A stretch of 64,000 nucleotides of DNA from an uncultured Planctomycetota bacterium (GCA_963841915.1 CAWJEN010000005.1:32001-96000), one strand, 5' to 3'. Positions 33,801 through 44,916 are shown, numbered from the stretch's first letter. A program made the numbers and translations. Notes: generated by a model from the letters alone, not told the origin.

Positions 33801-34446
33801 CGTCGGACAGCCTGCCGAGTTTTCGGTCGACGAGACGGCGTCGGATGCTGCTATTGGTATCGTGCGGGACAGCAACAATACGCTAGATGCGAAGGTGTTC
33901 GCTGAGCCTGCTACGCAGCCGCCGAGCATCCTCGGCCTCAGCTACGAGTTCGAGACTGAGCAGGTGCTCCGCATCAACTTCGACCAGGATGTTTCGGCCT
34001 ATCTGACCGCTGATGACTTCGTATTAACGAACCTGACAAGTGCGGTGGTCCCGACACTCGATGAGGTCGAACTTGATTGGGACGAGCAGAACCTGCAGGC
34101 GACCGTGCACTACGACGGGACGCTGCCAAATAGCAGCTACAGACTTTCGCTTGCACCAACCGACTTGGCCAATGCCTTCGGCGTCGCGGGCACCGGCACG
34201 GCGGCCACGCTCGACTTCTTCGTGCTCGCAGGAGATGCCAACCGGGATCGGCAAGTGAGCATCCTGGACTTTGCGGTGCTGCGGTCGAACTTTGGATCGA
34301 GCGACGCGACGTTCAGCCAAGGCGACTTCAACTACGACGGGCAGGTGTCAATCCTCGACTTTGCCATCCTGCGCGTCAACTTTGGCCAAAGCCTGCCGGC
34401 TCCGTCGGCGTCGCTCTTTGCCGATGAAGAGGCAGCTTTCTTCTAA
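30898..34446 (+). CDS. Large extracellular beta-solenoid/adhesin-like protein with LEPR-XLL N-terminus and dockerin-like tail
   Basis: EGLETRRLL, WDAGGDGTSWDDAQNW, N.G-rich beta repeats, GDANRD..VSILDFAVLRSNFG / GDFNYDG. Confidence 0.85.
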   Translation: MPSNLISRRPSSTLLPLIEGLETRRLLAALTWDAGGDGTSWDDAQNWSDDAVPTLADDVTIGSATTTAIQVTGDAEVRSLTTTRRIVVTGSLRVADGQLATFHNILHLRGGTIIGGIWDFEQGEFRNNLVSDGVAAGITLRSDISIVTELFIEGGIVLDGADVEINDGTGKLSFRGGDQSISGTGRVISDRTPISSGPQVVKLYGNHTVTVESGVSMEGRLDIIDGDSASNATLINNGAILTNLSSPGVAIYNGFRVATQHLINNGLIEATANADLHLQSQTTINNGTITMAAGSGSGSARGLANGPAGVIDVDGVEDYRLNKFQQNDGLISVRNTALTLDLNARPEAASIGTLLRQGSTVKLGGDFDNTGRTLDPVALLDGPVTLQNASIVGGTLVSDPANRLSLGSFGDLIFDGLTFEGPLNTERYLFDTGTDIAVRNVLTVNDALVIDESIDFVFDSGPGRINAPEIRILNGGRLDLLLRNNTFFTLETDVIVDRGGLLGVNRADDSAVETSFENVASISIGDSNSSLSTNGIFDVRVDHFYNSGSVTANERASVLLRSDTINRVDGVIELQPNSDFTLEKSWKNDGTFLTTNALVQFAGSLSASDVGTWIRTAGIVRLSGTLNNTGTDLNVIDVFRGQLGIVGGTVVGGTLDADGIESLYIDGNIARFIDNVTLRGNFTVNDGTKLVVEGGLTLDSATLVLDEEARLSFNGDVQRLAGAGRVSRPADSSSGAARIALDDGAEVTIDENIVISGGNLWIGGSSVGSATGLLTVNGLLEAGVAGETMKVIAPALGRPLDIIVKEGGTLEVGGGALKGKELRLGQVRVVDGGTLTSNLALETLVADIEVIGTNNRLAGSMSRRVTLLEGSLSLDENSSLSLGDQAETLEIAATVTLAGGSTLDAAGSVVLNTSWTSTAGPDPFGRLVSGGSVDLRGLQLNLFADARQTDLDLVVGDVFPLIEVGGGLVGQPAEFSVDETASDAAIGIVRDSNNTLDAKVFAEPATQPPSILGLSYEFETEQVLRINFDQDVSAYLTADDFVLTNLTSAVVPTLDEVELDWDEQNLQATVHYDGTLPNSSYRLSLAPTDLANAFGVAGTGTAATLDFFVLAGDANRDRQVSILDFAVLRSNFGSSDATFSQGDFNYDGQVSILDFAILRVNFGQSLPAPSASLFADEEAAFF

Positions 34447-34582
34447 TTCTAACGCCGGTGCAACCAAGATGGCCCTGCTGCGTTCGCGTGGCGGGGCCGT
34501 CTGTCCTTTCAGAGGGTGGCGTGGTTACACGCAGCTGGCGATGCCGCTAGGATGCGAAGCCAGGGACGAGAAGCGACTGCCG

Positions 34583-36566
34583 ATGACTGCCACCATTGCC
34601 GATGCCGTATTGCCGACCCTTGTGTCGCCTGCCGATCTCAAGCGGCTGGATATCGGCGGCCTGGAGCAGGTCGCCGACGAGCTGCGGGCGAAGATCTTCG
34701 AAGCTGTGTCGCAGTCTGGCGGGCACTTGGCGAGCAACCTCGGTGTCGTCGAACTGACCATCGCCCTGCACTACGTCTACGACTTCGGGCCGCACCCCGA
34801 GGGGCCTGATCGGCTGCTCTTCGACGTCGGACACCAGTGTTACCCGCACAAGATGCTCACCGGACGCCAAGACGGGTTCGGCAAGCTCCGCAAAGACGGC
34901 GGCGTCGGGGGATTCCCGATGCCCGACGAAAGTGACTACGACCTGTTCGGCGTCGGTCACGCCGGCACGGCCGTCTCGACTGCCGTCGGTATGGCCCGGG
35001 CGGATCAGGCGCTGGGTCGCAAGAATCATGTCGTCTCTCTCGTCGGCGACGCGAGCATCGTCAACGGCCTCAGCTTCGAAGGTCTCAACAACGCAGGCAC
35101 GCTCGATCGGCAGTTGCTCGTCGTGCTCAACGACAACGGCATGAGCATCAGCGGGCCTCAAGGTGCGTTTGCCGAGTATCTCGAGCGTGTGCGGGTCAGC
35201 ACGACGTACGAGGAGTTCAAGCGGATCAGCAAGAAGCTCGTCGAAACGATGCCTCACGCCGTCGGCGACGCGGTGACTGCCGCCTGGACCGGATTGACGG
35301 GCGGCGTCAAGCACGCCATGTGGGCCGGCGGGTTGTTCGAGGCGCTGGGCCTGAAATACATGGGGCCGATCGACGGGCACGACCTGCCGGAGCTGATCCA
35401 GTTTCTGGGTGAGATCAAGCACGTCGACAAGCCGGTGTTGCTGCACGTCAAGACGAAGAAGGGGCAAGGCGTCGACGCGGCGATGGCGGACCCGACGTCG
35501 CTGCACAGCCCGGCGGCGTTTCGCGTCGAAGGCTGCCGGGTTGAGCTGAACAAGGGTGCCGGCAAGAGCTGGACGAAGGCGTTTGCCGAGGCGACGATCG
35601 AGCTGGCGGATCGGGACGAGAAGGTGTGGGCGCTCACCGCGGCCATGCCGGACGGCACGGGGCTCAGCCTGTTCGAGAAGGCCCACCCGGAGCGGTTCAT
35701 CGACACCGGCATCTGCGAATCACACCTCATGGCGATGGCGGCGGGCATGGCCAAGAGCGGGCTCAAGCCGGTTGCGGCCATCTACAGCACGTTCACGCAG
35801 CGGTGCTTCGACCAGATCTGGCAGGAAGTGGCTTACAACGAGCAGCCGGTCGTGCTGGGCATGGACCGGGCCGGCTACGTCGGTAGCGACGGCGCGGTGC
35901 ACCACGGCTTCTGCGACCAGAGTTTCCTGCGGCCGATGCCCGGCGCAGTGCTGATGGCGCCGAGCGACGAGGCAGAGCTGAAACGGATGCTGTCGCTGGC
36001 GATGGAATTGGGCACCTTCGCGGCGTTGCGTTACCCGCGAGACGAGGTGCCGGCCGTCGATTACGAGAATCTTGTCGCACACGACCTCACGTCGGCGGCG
36101 AAGGAGATCGTGGTCGGCCAAAGCCGCGTGCTCAAGCACGGCAGCGACGCCACGATCGTCGCCTACGGCACGTTGGTCGCAGAAGCCATAGCCGCTGCAG
36201 AGGAATTAGCGAAGGACGGACACGACGTCGCCGTCGTCGATGCCCGGTTCTGTAAGCCGATGGATACGACAATGGTCACGCGCGTGCTGGACGAAGGCGC
36301 ACCCGGTGGTGACGGTCGAGGACCACGCCGTTGAGGGCGGCTTCGGCAGCGCGTTCATCGAAGCCGCCGTCGCAGCGAGCCTGCCTACGGGTCAGGTGAG
36401 GCGTCTGGGCCACCCGGCGGACAAGATGATCGGCTTCAAGAGCCGTGAGGCCCAACTGGCAGAGGCGGGTATCGACGCGGCAGGCATCGTGCGGACGCTT
36501 CGGCCGCTGCTGGCGGCGGAAACGGTATTGAGGCGTGAGATAGCTGAACCCGCTGCCTTGTCGTGA
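34583..36566 (+). CDS. dxs: 1-deoxy-D-xylulose-5-phosphate synthase, with apparent +1 frameshift near 36299
   Basis: GGHLASNLGVVELT, FDVGHQCYPHK, GDAS..NDN, YSTF, DRAG..G.DG..H. The C-terminus HPVVTVEDH..GGFG continues in another frame. Confidence 0.92.
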
Positions 36567-36688
36567 GGGTTCGGGACGAGGATGAGCAGATGCCGCCGCA
36601 AATTGTCGTTGCGCATCCTATCGAGTCGCCATGACGTATTAGGTTGTGTAGAGGTGCGGTCTACTGCACCCACACTGTCACCACGAGA

Positions 36689-37438
36689 ATGCACTTCATG
36701 AACCTGATCAAAATCACCGCGGCCTCGGCTGCTGTTGCCCTTGCCCTCACCACCGCCGCCTTTGGTCAATCGACTGTGGTGGCCCCGGCCGGCTTCGAAA
36801 ATGTTGACGGCCCCGCGATCAGCGATGGCCCGCTCGGCATGGCCAGCGCCAACGCCAACGGCCGCCGATACCAGCAGGTCTATTCGGCCGACTTCTTCGA
36901 CGACGCCGTATCGATCAACGAGATCCAATTCCGCGCTGCCAACGCAGGCCAGTTCCGGCCTGACAGCATCACGGCCTCCAACACCTTCATCACCCTGTCG
37001 ACCACCGCCAGCGCCGCCAACGCGGCAGGCATCGCCGGCAGCTACGACAGCAACGTCGGCAGCGACTCGGTTGTCGTCTACAGCGGCCCGCTGACCCTGG
37101 CCCGCGGCGCTGCGAATGCGTCCGGCCCGCAGGCGTTCGATTACGGCTTTGTCCTGCAGACGCCTTTCGTTTTCGATCCTTCGATGGGCAACCTGTTGCT
37201 CGATGTGACGGTCCCGGCCGGTGCGACGCTGACGGCCGGCCCGGGCTTCGGTGCGGTGGACAGCTTCGACGCTGTCGTCGACCAGCCTGACGTGGACGGC
37301 ATCGCGAGCAAAGTCGGTAACTTCGGGGCCGTGAGCACCGGCCTGGTGACGCAGTTCACCACGACGGCGGTTCCGGAGCCGACGCTGGCTGCGGTCGGTG
37401 CGATGGTCGGCGGGCTGCTGCTCCGCCGCCGTAGCTGA
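36689..37438 (+). CDS. PEP-CTERM sorting domain protein
   Basis: Signal peptide; C-terminal VPEP + hydrophobic helix + RRR. Confidence 0.9.
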   Translation: MHFMNLIKITAASAAVALALTTAAFGQSTVVAPAGFENVDGPAISDGPLGMASANANGRRYQQVYSADFFDDAVSINEIQFRAANAGQFRPDSITASNTFITLSTTASAANAAGIAGSYDSNVGSDSVVVYSGPLTLARGAANASGPQAFDYGFVLQTPFVFDPSMGNLLLDVTVPAGATLTAGPGFGAVDSFDAVVDQPDVDGIASKVGNFGAVSTGLVTQFTTTAVPEPTLAAVGAMVGGLLLRRRS

Positions 37439-37463
37439 TTGAATTGGCGAACTTTTCTATGGT

Positions 37464-37506
37464 CAAGACGCCGCGACCCTTCAAAGGTTGCGGCGTCTTG
37501 CGTTTC
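37464..37506 (+). terminator. Rho-independent terminator
   Basis: Stem CAAGACGCCGCGACC/GGTTGCGGCGTCTTG. Confidence 0.7.
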
Positions 37507-37641
37507 ATGCCGATCTAAGGGTCAGGCCGCGACGTATGGTCTTAGCGGGACTACCTCCCGCACGACGGGAATGCCTCCCGACTGGCCGCCGGTAACCTGC
37601 CGACGGCTCACCACTACGACTCCGAAGGGCGAATCAACACC

Positions 37642-40206
37642 ATGTTTGAGCGATTCACCGACCGCGCCCGCAAGGTCATGGCTCTTGCCAACCAAGAGGC
37701 GCAGCGATTTAACCACGAATACATCGGGACTGAGCACATCCTGCTCGGCCTCGTCAAAGAAGGCAGCGGCGTTGGGGCCAACGTCCTTAAGAACCTCGAC
37801 GTCGACCTGCGCAAGGTCCGTGTCGAGGTCGAAAAGCTCGTCAAGAGCGGCCCCGAGATGGTCACGATGGGCAAGCTCCCGCAAACCCCGCGGGCCAAAA
37901 AGGTCATCGAGTACGCCATCGAAGAGGCTCGCAACCTCAATCACAACTACGTCGGCACCGAGCACCTCCTGCTGGGCCTGCTCCGCGAGCACGACGGCGT
38001 TGCGGCGCAGGTGCTTATGAACCTCGGGCTCAAGCTCGAAGAGGTTCGCGAAGAGGTCTTGAACCTCCTCGGTGCCGGCGTCGAGGGCGAGGACAGTGAC
38101 GAAGAAACCGTCACCGCAGGCGGCGGTGCCGAGGGCAAGGGTAAGAAGAAGGGCAAGAGCTCGACGCCCGCCCTCGACTCCTTCGGCCGCGACCTCACGG
38201 CACTTGCCAAGGAGAATCAACTCGATCCGGTCATCGGCCGGGCCGAGGAGATCGAGCGTGTCATCCAGATTCTCTGCCGTCGGCAGAAGAACAACCCGGT
38301 GCTCCTCGGCGAAGCAGGCGTCGGCAAGACGGCCATCGTCGAGGGTCTGGCCCAGATGATTATCGGCCACGACGTGCCCGAGATCCTCCACGGACGGCGG
38401 CTCATCGTGCTGGACCTGGCCATGATGGTCGCCGGTACGAAGTACCGCGGTCAGTTCGAAGAGCGCATCAAGGCCGTGATGAACGAGGTCCGTCGGGCCA
38501 AGAACATCATTCTGTTCATCGACGAGCTGCACACGCTCGTCGGGGCAGGCGGGGCCGAAGGTGCGATCGACGCGTCGAACGTCCTCAAGCCCGCCTTGAG
38601 CCGTGGCGAGATCCAGTGCGTCGGTGCGACGACTTTCGACGAGTATCGCAAGTACATCGAGAAGGACGCCGCCCTGGCCCGCCGGTTCCAGCCGATCACG
38701 GTCGAGCAGCCGAGCAAGGAGAATGCCGTCAAGATCCTGGCCGGCCTTCGCGAGAAGTACGAAGAGCACCATCGCGTCCGCATCACGGACGACGCGCTGG
38801 AGCAGGCCGTCGAGCTGTCTGACCGCTACATCAGCGGCCGAGCGCTTCCTGACAAGGCGATTGACGTGCTTGACGAGGCCGGTGCTCGCATCCGGCTCAA
38901 GAGCATGACCAAGCCGCCGAATCTGGCGGAGCTCGAGGAGCAGATCGAGCGGCTGAGCATCTTTAAGGACGAAGCCGTCAAAAACGCAGAGTACGAGGAG
39001 GCTGCCAAGCTTCGTGACGAGGCCGAGCGGCTGCGTAGTAGCAAGGAAGAGCTGCAACGCCAGTGGAAGGAAAAGGCCAAGGAAGTCGACGGCGTCGTCG
39101 ATGAAGAGGTCATCGCCGAGGTCATCAGCAAGATGACCGGCGTCCCGCTGACGCGTCTGGAGAAGGAGGAGGCCCAGCGCCTGCTCGAGCTCGAGAACGA
39201 GCTGCACAAGCGTGTGGTCAGCCAGCACGAGGCGATCGAGGCGATCAGCAAGACGATCCGCCGGGCACGTTCGGGCCTCAAGGACCCGAACCGTCCGATG
39301 GGTGGCTTCCTGTTCCTCGGCCCGTCAGGCGTCGGCAAAACGCTGCTGAGCAAGGCGCTGGCCGAGTTCATGTTCGGCGACGAGGATGCGCTCGTGTCGA
39401 TCGACATGAGCGAGTACATGGAGAAGCACAACATCTCCCGCCTTGTCGGTGCGCCTCCCGGATACGTCGGTTACGAAGAAGGTGGCCAACTCACCGAAAA
39501 GATTCGTCGTCGGCCATACAGCGTGGTGCTGCTCGACGAAGTTGAGAAGGCCCACCCGGACGTCTTCAACATGCTGCTGCAGATTCTTGAAGAAGGCCGC
39601 CTGACCGACTCGTTCGGCCGGCACGTCGACTTCCGGAACGTCGTCATGATCATGACTAGCAACATCGGGGCCGACCTCATCAAGGGCGGCGTCACGCCGT
39701 TCGGCCTGCAGGGCAAGGGCAAGGGCACCGACGAAGAGCAGTCTTACGACAAGATGAAGTCGACGCTGATGAAGGAAATCGAGCGGTTCTTCCGCCCTGA
39801 GTTCATCGGCCGCCTCGACGACGTCATCGTCTTTCGTCCGCTCGCTCGCGAGCACCTCGTCGAGATCGTCGAGCTCGAGCTCCGCAAGGTCACCAAGCGT
39901 CTCGTCGAGCGTGGCCTGCGCCTCGAACTCGATCAGGAAGCCAAAGACTTCCTCATCGACAAGGGGACGAGCACCGATTTCGGTGCCAGGCCGTTGCGTC
40001 GGGCGATTGAGCAGTTCGTTGAGGATCCGCTCAGCGAGGAAATTCTTCGCGGGCACTACGACGACAAGGCCAAGATCCTGATTACGCGTGCCAAGGACGA
40101 TGAGGACAAGCCGCTGGACCACCTGTTCTTCGACGCCCAGGCTGTTGAGGCCGAGGCTGCGACGGAAGAGGAGCAGGCTGCAGTCGCCGCTGGCGACGCG
40201 ACCTGA
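37642..40206 (+). CDS. clpC: ATP-dependent Clp protease ATP-binding subunit
   Basis: [10 protein letters not shown], two Clp_N repeats, [11 protein letters not shown]-type middle domain, [15 protein letters not shown]. Confidence 0.95.
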   Translation: MFERFTDRARKVMALANQEAQRFNHEYIGTEHILLGLVKEGSGVGANVLKNLDVDLRKVRVEVEKLVKSGPEMVTMGKLPQTPRAKKVIEYAIEEARNLNHNYVGTEHLLLGLLREHDGVAAQVLMNLGLKLEEVREEVLNLLGAGVEGEDSDEETVTAGGGAEGKGKKKGKSSTPALDSFGRDLTALAKENQLDPVIGRAEEIERVIQILCRRQKNNPVLLGEAGVGKTAIVEGLAQMIIGHDVPEILHGRRLIVLDLAMMVAGTKYRGQFEERIKAVMNEVRRAKNIILFIDELHTLVGAGGAEGAIDASNVLKPALSRGEIQCVGATTFDEYRKYIEKDAALARRFQPITVEQPSKENAVKILAGLREKYEEHHRVRITDDALEQAVELSDRYISGRALPDKAIDVLDEAGARIRLKSMTKPPNLAELEEQIERLSIFKDEAVKNAEYEEAAKLRDEAERLRSSKEELQRQWKEKAKEVDGVVDEEVIAEVISKMTGVPLTRLEKEEAQRLLELENELHKRVVSQHEAIEAISKTIRRARSGLKDPNRPMGGFLFLGPSGVGKTLLSKALAEFMFGDEDALVSIDMSEYMEKHNISRLVGAPPGYVGYEEGGQLTEKIRRRPYSVVLLDEVEKAHPDVFNMLLQILEEGRLTDSFGRHVDFRNVVMIMTSNIGADLIKGGVTPFGLQGKGKGTDEEQSYDKMKSTLMKEIERFFRPEFIGRLDDVIVFRPLAREHLVEIVELELRKVTKRLVERGLRLELDQEAKDFLIDKGTSTDFGARPLRRAIEQFVEDPLSEEILRGHYDDKAKILITRAKDDEDKPLDHLFFDAQAVEAEAATEEEQAAVAAGDAT

Positions 40207-40230
40207 ACCGGCGACAAGACCTGACGAAGG

Positions 40231-40263
40231 AGGCGGGGGCGACACAGTCGCCCCCGCCTTTTC
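40231..40263 (+). terminator. Rho-independent terminator of clpC
   Basis: Stem AGGCGGGGGCGAC/GTCGCCCCCGCCT plus T-run. Confidence 0.8.
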
Positions 40264-40553
40264 GCGTCGTAAAGCAGGACGACACTGAGAACCACGCTCG
40301 TATGGACTAGTTCATACAGTCCCTGTTCAGGCTTAAAAATGCGCATTCTTTGAAGCGGCATGGCGTTCCTGGTCGAAAACAGTTATTGTAGGTGATCTAC
40401 GTTTCACTCGCCCTCCCTCGTGGGATGGTCCGTGGCCGACGACTGTGGAGGCACGTCGGCAGCGTCATACGGGCTTGGTGGACCGCAACACTGCGGGACC
40501 GGCTTGATATGACGGCAGAAGCGTCTTGAGCCCAATCAGCCAGAGGAGCTATC

Positions 40554-41529
40554 GTGAAAGTCAGCATCAACTCGTCGTCACGCCGTGACCGGTCCCGCGC
40601 CTTCACCCTCGTGGAGCTGCTCGTCGTCATCGGCATCATCGCCCTGCTCATCAGCATCCTGCTGCCGACGCTCAACAGCGCCAACGCGTCGGCGAGGAAC
40701 GTCAAGTGCCTCTCCAACCTGCGCTCGACTCGGCCAGATCGCGCTGCTGTACAGCAATGACAACCAACAACGGGTTTTGCCGACCCGCATCACGCAGACA
40801 CCTGGAGCCAATCCGCCACTTGGGACCTACGACGTTTGGGCCAACCTCCTGATCAATGCTGAGCTTGTCGAGGAACAGCGGGGCGGGCGACCCATTCCCG
40901 GTCCCGGTTCGGAGATCATCTCTGGCATCGACTACGACTCAATCCTCGTATGTCCGAGCACGGCTGACCTGGCGGTCGGGCTGACACAGAATGCAGACGG
41001 TGCCCGACGCGTTGCAGGCTTCCTGCTCGATCCGGGTGGAGCCATGAAGGCGACGGACTTCAGCTATTTCATCAACGGCTACTTTGCTCCCAACATACCG
41101 GCACTGCAGAACCCCGCTTCAGATGCGTACAAGCGTGCCCGCTTGATCCCAAGCACGCAGGTCAATTTTGCCCCTGGTGGTGGACAGCCGCCGTTGAAAA
41201 GCCTTGCGGCAATCAAGGGCTCTACCGAAATGGCCTACTTTGGTGACGGCATCGAGCGTCAGACGCAGGCGGTCTTCCAGCCGCAGATCGCAGATTACAT
41301 CTCTGGCAAAAGGCACGGCTCGTTTGACTCGGAGAAGCCGGTCACCTCGGGTAAGACGAACATCACCTTCTTCGACGGCCATGCCGAGAGCGTCGACCGC
41401 AAGAACTTGCCCGGCGGCGATCCGCTCGGCACCACGTTCCCGACGACCGAGCCGATGGTCGAGCGGGCACGCGAACTCAATGCGGAATTTCCCGGTGCCA
41501 AGTTCCGCCTCGACCAGGTCGATGGCTGA
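40554..41529 (+). CDS. Prepilin-type N-terminal/H-X9-DG protein, with apparent frameshift near 40725
   Basis: [31 protein letters not shown], then LGQIALLY...RH...NITFFDGH in a shifted frame; SD GAGGAG. Confidence 0.82.
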
Positions 41530-41557
41530 ACCGCATCCGATCCGTTGCAACACAAAC

Positions 41558-41587
41558 GCGACCCGCATCAGCGGGTCGCTTTTGTTA
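41558..41587 (+). terminator. Rho-independent terminator
   Basis: GCGACCCGC-ATCA-GCGGGTCGC followed by TTTTTGTT. Confidence 0.8.
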
Positions 41588-41600
41588 TGACACGAACCTT

Positions 41601-42380
41601 TCAGGTCGGTGACGCTTCCTTGACACCGACGTAGATGACCGCAATCCCAAAGGTCAGCGGCGTCTGCGTGACGTTCGCGAAGCCGGCCTCCTCCAGTTCG
41701 CGAACCATTTGCTCGCGCGGCTTGAACGTCTCGACGCTTTGGGCGAGGTAGCGGTAGGCCCCGGTCTTGTCGCGGGCGACGAGGCTGGCCAGGCGGGTCA
41801 GGACGTGGTTGAAGTAGAGGTCGTAGCCCGTGCGGATGAGCTTGTTGGTCGGCTTGGAGAACTCGAGCACGACCGCCCTGCCGCCGGGCCGCAGGACGCG
41901 GTGGAACTCGCGGTAGGCGGCGGCCGAGTCGGCGACGTTGCGGATGCCGAAGGCGATCGAGACGACGTCGGCCGAAGCGTCGGCGAGCGGCAGCCGCTGG
42001 GCGTCGCCGTGGGCGTAGTCGATCTTTCCGCCGCGATCCGGCCGCTTTTGGCGCGCGATCGGCAGCATGTCGAACGTGTAGTCGACGCCGAGAACCGAGC
42101 AGGCACCATCGTTGATGCGATCAAGCGCGTCGCGGTAGAGGATTGTCAAATCGCCCGTCCCGCACGCCACGTCGACGACGCGGTCGTCCGCCTTGAGCCG
42201 CGAGAGCTTGACCGCCTTCTTCCGCCACCGCTGGTCGATGCCCAGCGACCAGAGGCGGTTGTTGAGGTCGTAGCTGGGGGCGATGGCCGCGAACATGTCG
42301 CGGACGCGCTTTTGCTTGTCGGCCTCGCCGTGCGGGTTGGCGAGCCGCTGTTTGTCCCAAATGGTGCCGTCGCTTGCCAC
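41601..42380 (-). CDS. ubiE: UbiE/MenG family (demethylmenaquinone) methyltransferase
   Basis: MF..IA.SYDLNN..WS.GID..WR, VDVACGTGD, AFGIRNV, YRYL..S. Confidence 0.9.
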   Translation of the reverse strand: MASDGTIWDKQRLANPHGEADKQKRVRDMFAAIAPSYDLNNRLWSLGIDQRWRKKAVKLSRLKADDRVVDVACGTGDLTILYRDALDRINDGACSVLGVDYTFDMLPIARQKRPDRGGKIDYAHGDAQRLPLADASADVVSIAFGIRNVADSAAAYREFHRVLRPGGRAVVLEFSKPTNKLIRTGYDLYFNHVLTRLASLVARDKTGAYRYLAQSVETFKPREQMVRELEEAGFANVTQTPLTFGIAVIYVGVKEASPT

Positions 42381-42439
42381 GCCGCGACCCTACGACGTTG
42401 CAACGGGCAAGCCTTCAATAGCGTGCGAACGATGACAAT

Positions 42440-43237
42440 GTGTCCTCGTCGCCTCAGGCCTACTTCCCGCCCGACAGCGCCATCCGTCGCGTCACGCGCT
42501 CGCGGAGCGTGCTGCTGTACGGGGCCGCTGCCCTTGCGCTGCAGGTGAGCGACGAGCGTGTCGCCCGAGGCGTGGCCGAACACAGCAGCTTCTCGGTTGA
42601 CCCGCTCGCCCGGCTGCACCGAACGCTTGAGGCCAGCTACGCCAGCGTCTTTGCCCCGCCTGCCGAGTCGAATGCGGCCGTCGGGCACGTCAATCGGCTG
42701 CACGCCAGAGTGAAGGGAGACGGCTACAGCGCCTTTGACCCTGACTTGCTGCTGTGGGTCATGGCCACCCTCGTCGCCTGCGGCATCGAGGCGTACGAGC
42801 GATTCGTCGGGCCCATCAGCGACGCCGACAAGGCTGACTACTACACCCAAACTCGCGACAGCACGACCCGATTCGGCCTCCGCCGCGACTACGGCCCGCA
42901 GAGCTACGGGCAGTTCGAGGCGTATTGGAAGGATCGCCTGGCGGATCCCGCGCTGGGCGACTCGGACGTTTCTCGCAAGCTCATCGGCGAGATCACGACG
43001 CCGACGAAGCCTTGGTGGCTCAGACCGGCCGGCATCCCCGCCCGCGTCTGGCTGGCTGCGACGCTTCCGCCTGCCGTCGGTGTGCGGCTGGGGCATCCGC
43101 AGACGCTGGCCTCCCGTGCCGCCGGTCGCTTCGGCGACGTCGCGCTCGGCACCTTCTTTACCGTCGCCCCGGATCGCCTGACGGTGACCAAAGCCGCCCG
43201 TTCGGCAGAACATCGCGAGCGAGTTGCGAGTTCCTAA
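42440..43237 (+). CDS. Oxygenase MpaB/DUF2236 family protein
   Basis: ALALQV...VA.GVAEHS, VNRLHARV.G, Y.A.DP.LLLWV. Confidence 0.8.
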   Translation: MSSSPQAYFPPDSAIRRVTRSRSVLLYGAAALALQVSDERVARGVAEHSSFSVDPLARLHRTLEASYASVFAPPAESNAAVGHVNRLHARVKGDGYSAFDPDLLLWVMATLVACGIEAYERFVGPISDADKADYYTQTRDSTTRFGLRRDYGPQSYGQFEAYWKDRLADPALGDSDVSRKLIGEITTPTKPWWLRPAGIPARVWLAATLPPAVGVRLGHPQTLASRAAGRFGDVALGTFFTVAPDRLTVTKAARSAEHRERVASS

Positions 43238-43273
43238 GCGAGGTGGCGACGAAGCCGCTACGCTGGCCGTCTC

Positions 43274-43855
43274 ATGCGTCACGTCATCAGCGCCCTTGTC
43301 ACCAATGAACCCGGCGTCCTCGCCAGCGTCGCCGGTATGTTCGCCGCCCGCGGCTTTAACATCGATTCCCTCGTCGTTGGCAGAACCGAGGACGACGAGC
43401 TGTCACGCATGACCGTTATCGTCGAGGGTGATCAAAACGTCATCCGTCAGGTCGAACGGCAGCTTGCCAAGCTCGTGCCCGTCGCACGCGTCCGAAACCT
43501 GACAGAGACGGCCTATGTCGAGCGCGACCTCGCCCTCATCAAGGTCGATGCCCCGCCGGAGAAGCGGCACGAGATCACCGAGCTGTGCAACATGTTCCGC
43601 GGCAACGTCGTCGACGTCGGCCCCGAGAGCATCACGATCGAAATCAGCGGCCGTGAGGAGAAGGTCGAAGCATTTGTCGATCTCGTCGGGCAGTACGGCG
43701 TCACCGAGCTTGCCCGCACGGGCGTGATCGCCATCGCTCGCGGCATGCAGAGTCAGCGGCTGGCCAGTCGCTTTGCCCGAAAAGGTGAAGAAGGTCCGGC
43801 CAAGCGTGAGCGCAGCTTTGCCAACAGCAGCGGCGACGCCCTGCCACCGAGCTGA
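43274..43855 (+). CDS. ilvN: Acetolactate synthase small (regulatory) subunit
   Basis: LV.NEPGVL..V.GMFA.RGFNIDSL, ERDLALIKV, ARTG..A. Confidence 0.93.
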   Translation: MRHVISALVTNEPGVLASVAGMFAARGFNIDSLVVGRTEDDELSRMTVIVEGDQNVIRQVERQLAKLVPVARVRNLTETAYVERDLALIKVDAPPEKRHEITELCNMFRGNVVDVGPESITIEISGREEKVEAFVDLVGQYGVTELARTGVIAIARGMQSQRLASRFARKGEEGPAKRERSFANSSGDALPPS

Positions 43856-43872
43856 GGCCGTAGCGTGCCGGC

Positions 43873-44895
43873 GTGCGTGCCGACGACCTCGATTTCGACC
43901 TGCCGCCGAAGCTCATCGCCCAGCGGCCGGCCAACCGTCGCCAGGACGCTCGCCTGCTCACCTTCGACCGCACCACCTGCAACGCAGGTCACCGGACCAT
44001 CAGCGACCTGCCGTCGCTTTTGCGGGCGGGGGATGTGCTTGTCTTCAACGACGCCCGTGTCACACCGGCCAAGTTCAGCCTGATCAAGCCAACCGGCGGA
44101 CGCGTGGGAGGCCTGTTTCTTGAGGAGTCGGCAGGCGGCCGCTGGGTCGCGTTGTTGAAGTCGCCTGGTCCGGTACGGCCGGACGGAGTGTGGTCGTTTG
44201 CAGCCGGTGGCCCGCCGCTTCGCGTCGTCGAAAAGCTGGGCGGCGGGCGTTACCTGCTCGAGGTCGACGACGACCGACCGGCCGAGACAGTGCTGGGCGA
44301 GGTCGGTCAAATGCCGCTGCCGCCTTACGTTGATCGGCCTGCCGACGACGCCGACGCAGAGCGGTATCAGACCGTGTTCGCGACCACGCCCGGCAGCGTC
44401 GCCGCCCCGACAGCCGGGCTGCACTTCACGCCCGACCTGCTCGCCGCACTCGACGCGGCAGGCGTCATTCGCACGACGCTCACGCTTCACGTCGGCATCG
44501 GCACGTTTCGTCCCGTCTCGGCAGACGACCTCGATGAACACGAGATGCACACCGAGCGGTACAGCCTGCCCGCATCGTGCTGCAAGATCATCAATGCCGC
44601 CAAAGCCGAGGGTCGCCGCGTCGTCAGCGTCGGCACGACGACTGCCCGCGTGCTCGAAAGCCAGCCGGCCGGCGAGCTGCAGCCGTGCGACGCTTCCACG
44701 AACCTGCTGATTCAGCCGCCCTACGTGTGGAAGCACGTCAAAGGCCTGCTGACAAACTTCCATCTGCCACGCAGCACGCTGATCGCCCTCGTCGCCGGCC
44801 TGATCGGGCTGGAAGAACAACGCCGCCTGTATCACGAAGCAATCGAGCAGAACTATCGCTTCTTCAGTTACGGCGACGCCATGCTGCTGACGTGA
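43873..44895 (+). CDS. queA: S-adenosylmethionine:tRNA ribosyltransferase-isomerase
   Basis: DFDLP..LIAQ, MPLPPY, AAPTAGLHF, TNFHLPRSTL, YRFFSYGDAM. Confidence 0.96.
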   Translation: MRADDLDFDLPPKLIAQRPANRRQDARLLTFDRTTCNAGHRTISDLPSLLRAGDVLVFNDARVTPAKFSLIKPTGGRVGGLFLEESAGGRWVALLKSPGPVRPDGVWSFAAGGPPLRVVEKLGGGRYLLEVDDDRPAETVLGEVGQMPLPPYVDRPADDADAERYQTVFATTPGSVAAPTAGLHFTPDLLAALDAAGVIRTTLTLHVGIGTFRPVSADDLDEHEMHTERYSLPASCCKIINAAKAEGRRVVSVGTTTARVLESQPAGELQPCDASTNLLIQPPYVWKHVKGLLTNFHLPRSTLIALVAGLIGLEEQRRLYHEAIEQNYRFFSYGDAMLLT

Positions 44896-44916
44896 CCGGC
44901 AATGACAACCCGCTCC

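Noticed and set aside
37522..39228. Long antisense ORFs (also 29187-30215, 60045-61718, 61862-63736)
   Set aside because: Shadow frames of clpC, rpsA, ptsI and rne caused by high-GC codon bias.
43274..43855. ilvN without adjacent ilvB
   Set aside because: Split ilv genes are unremarkable; the large subunit is probably elsewhere.
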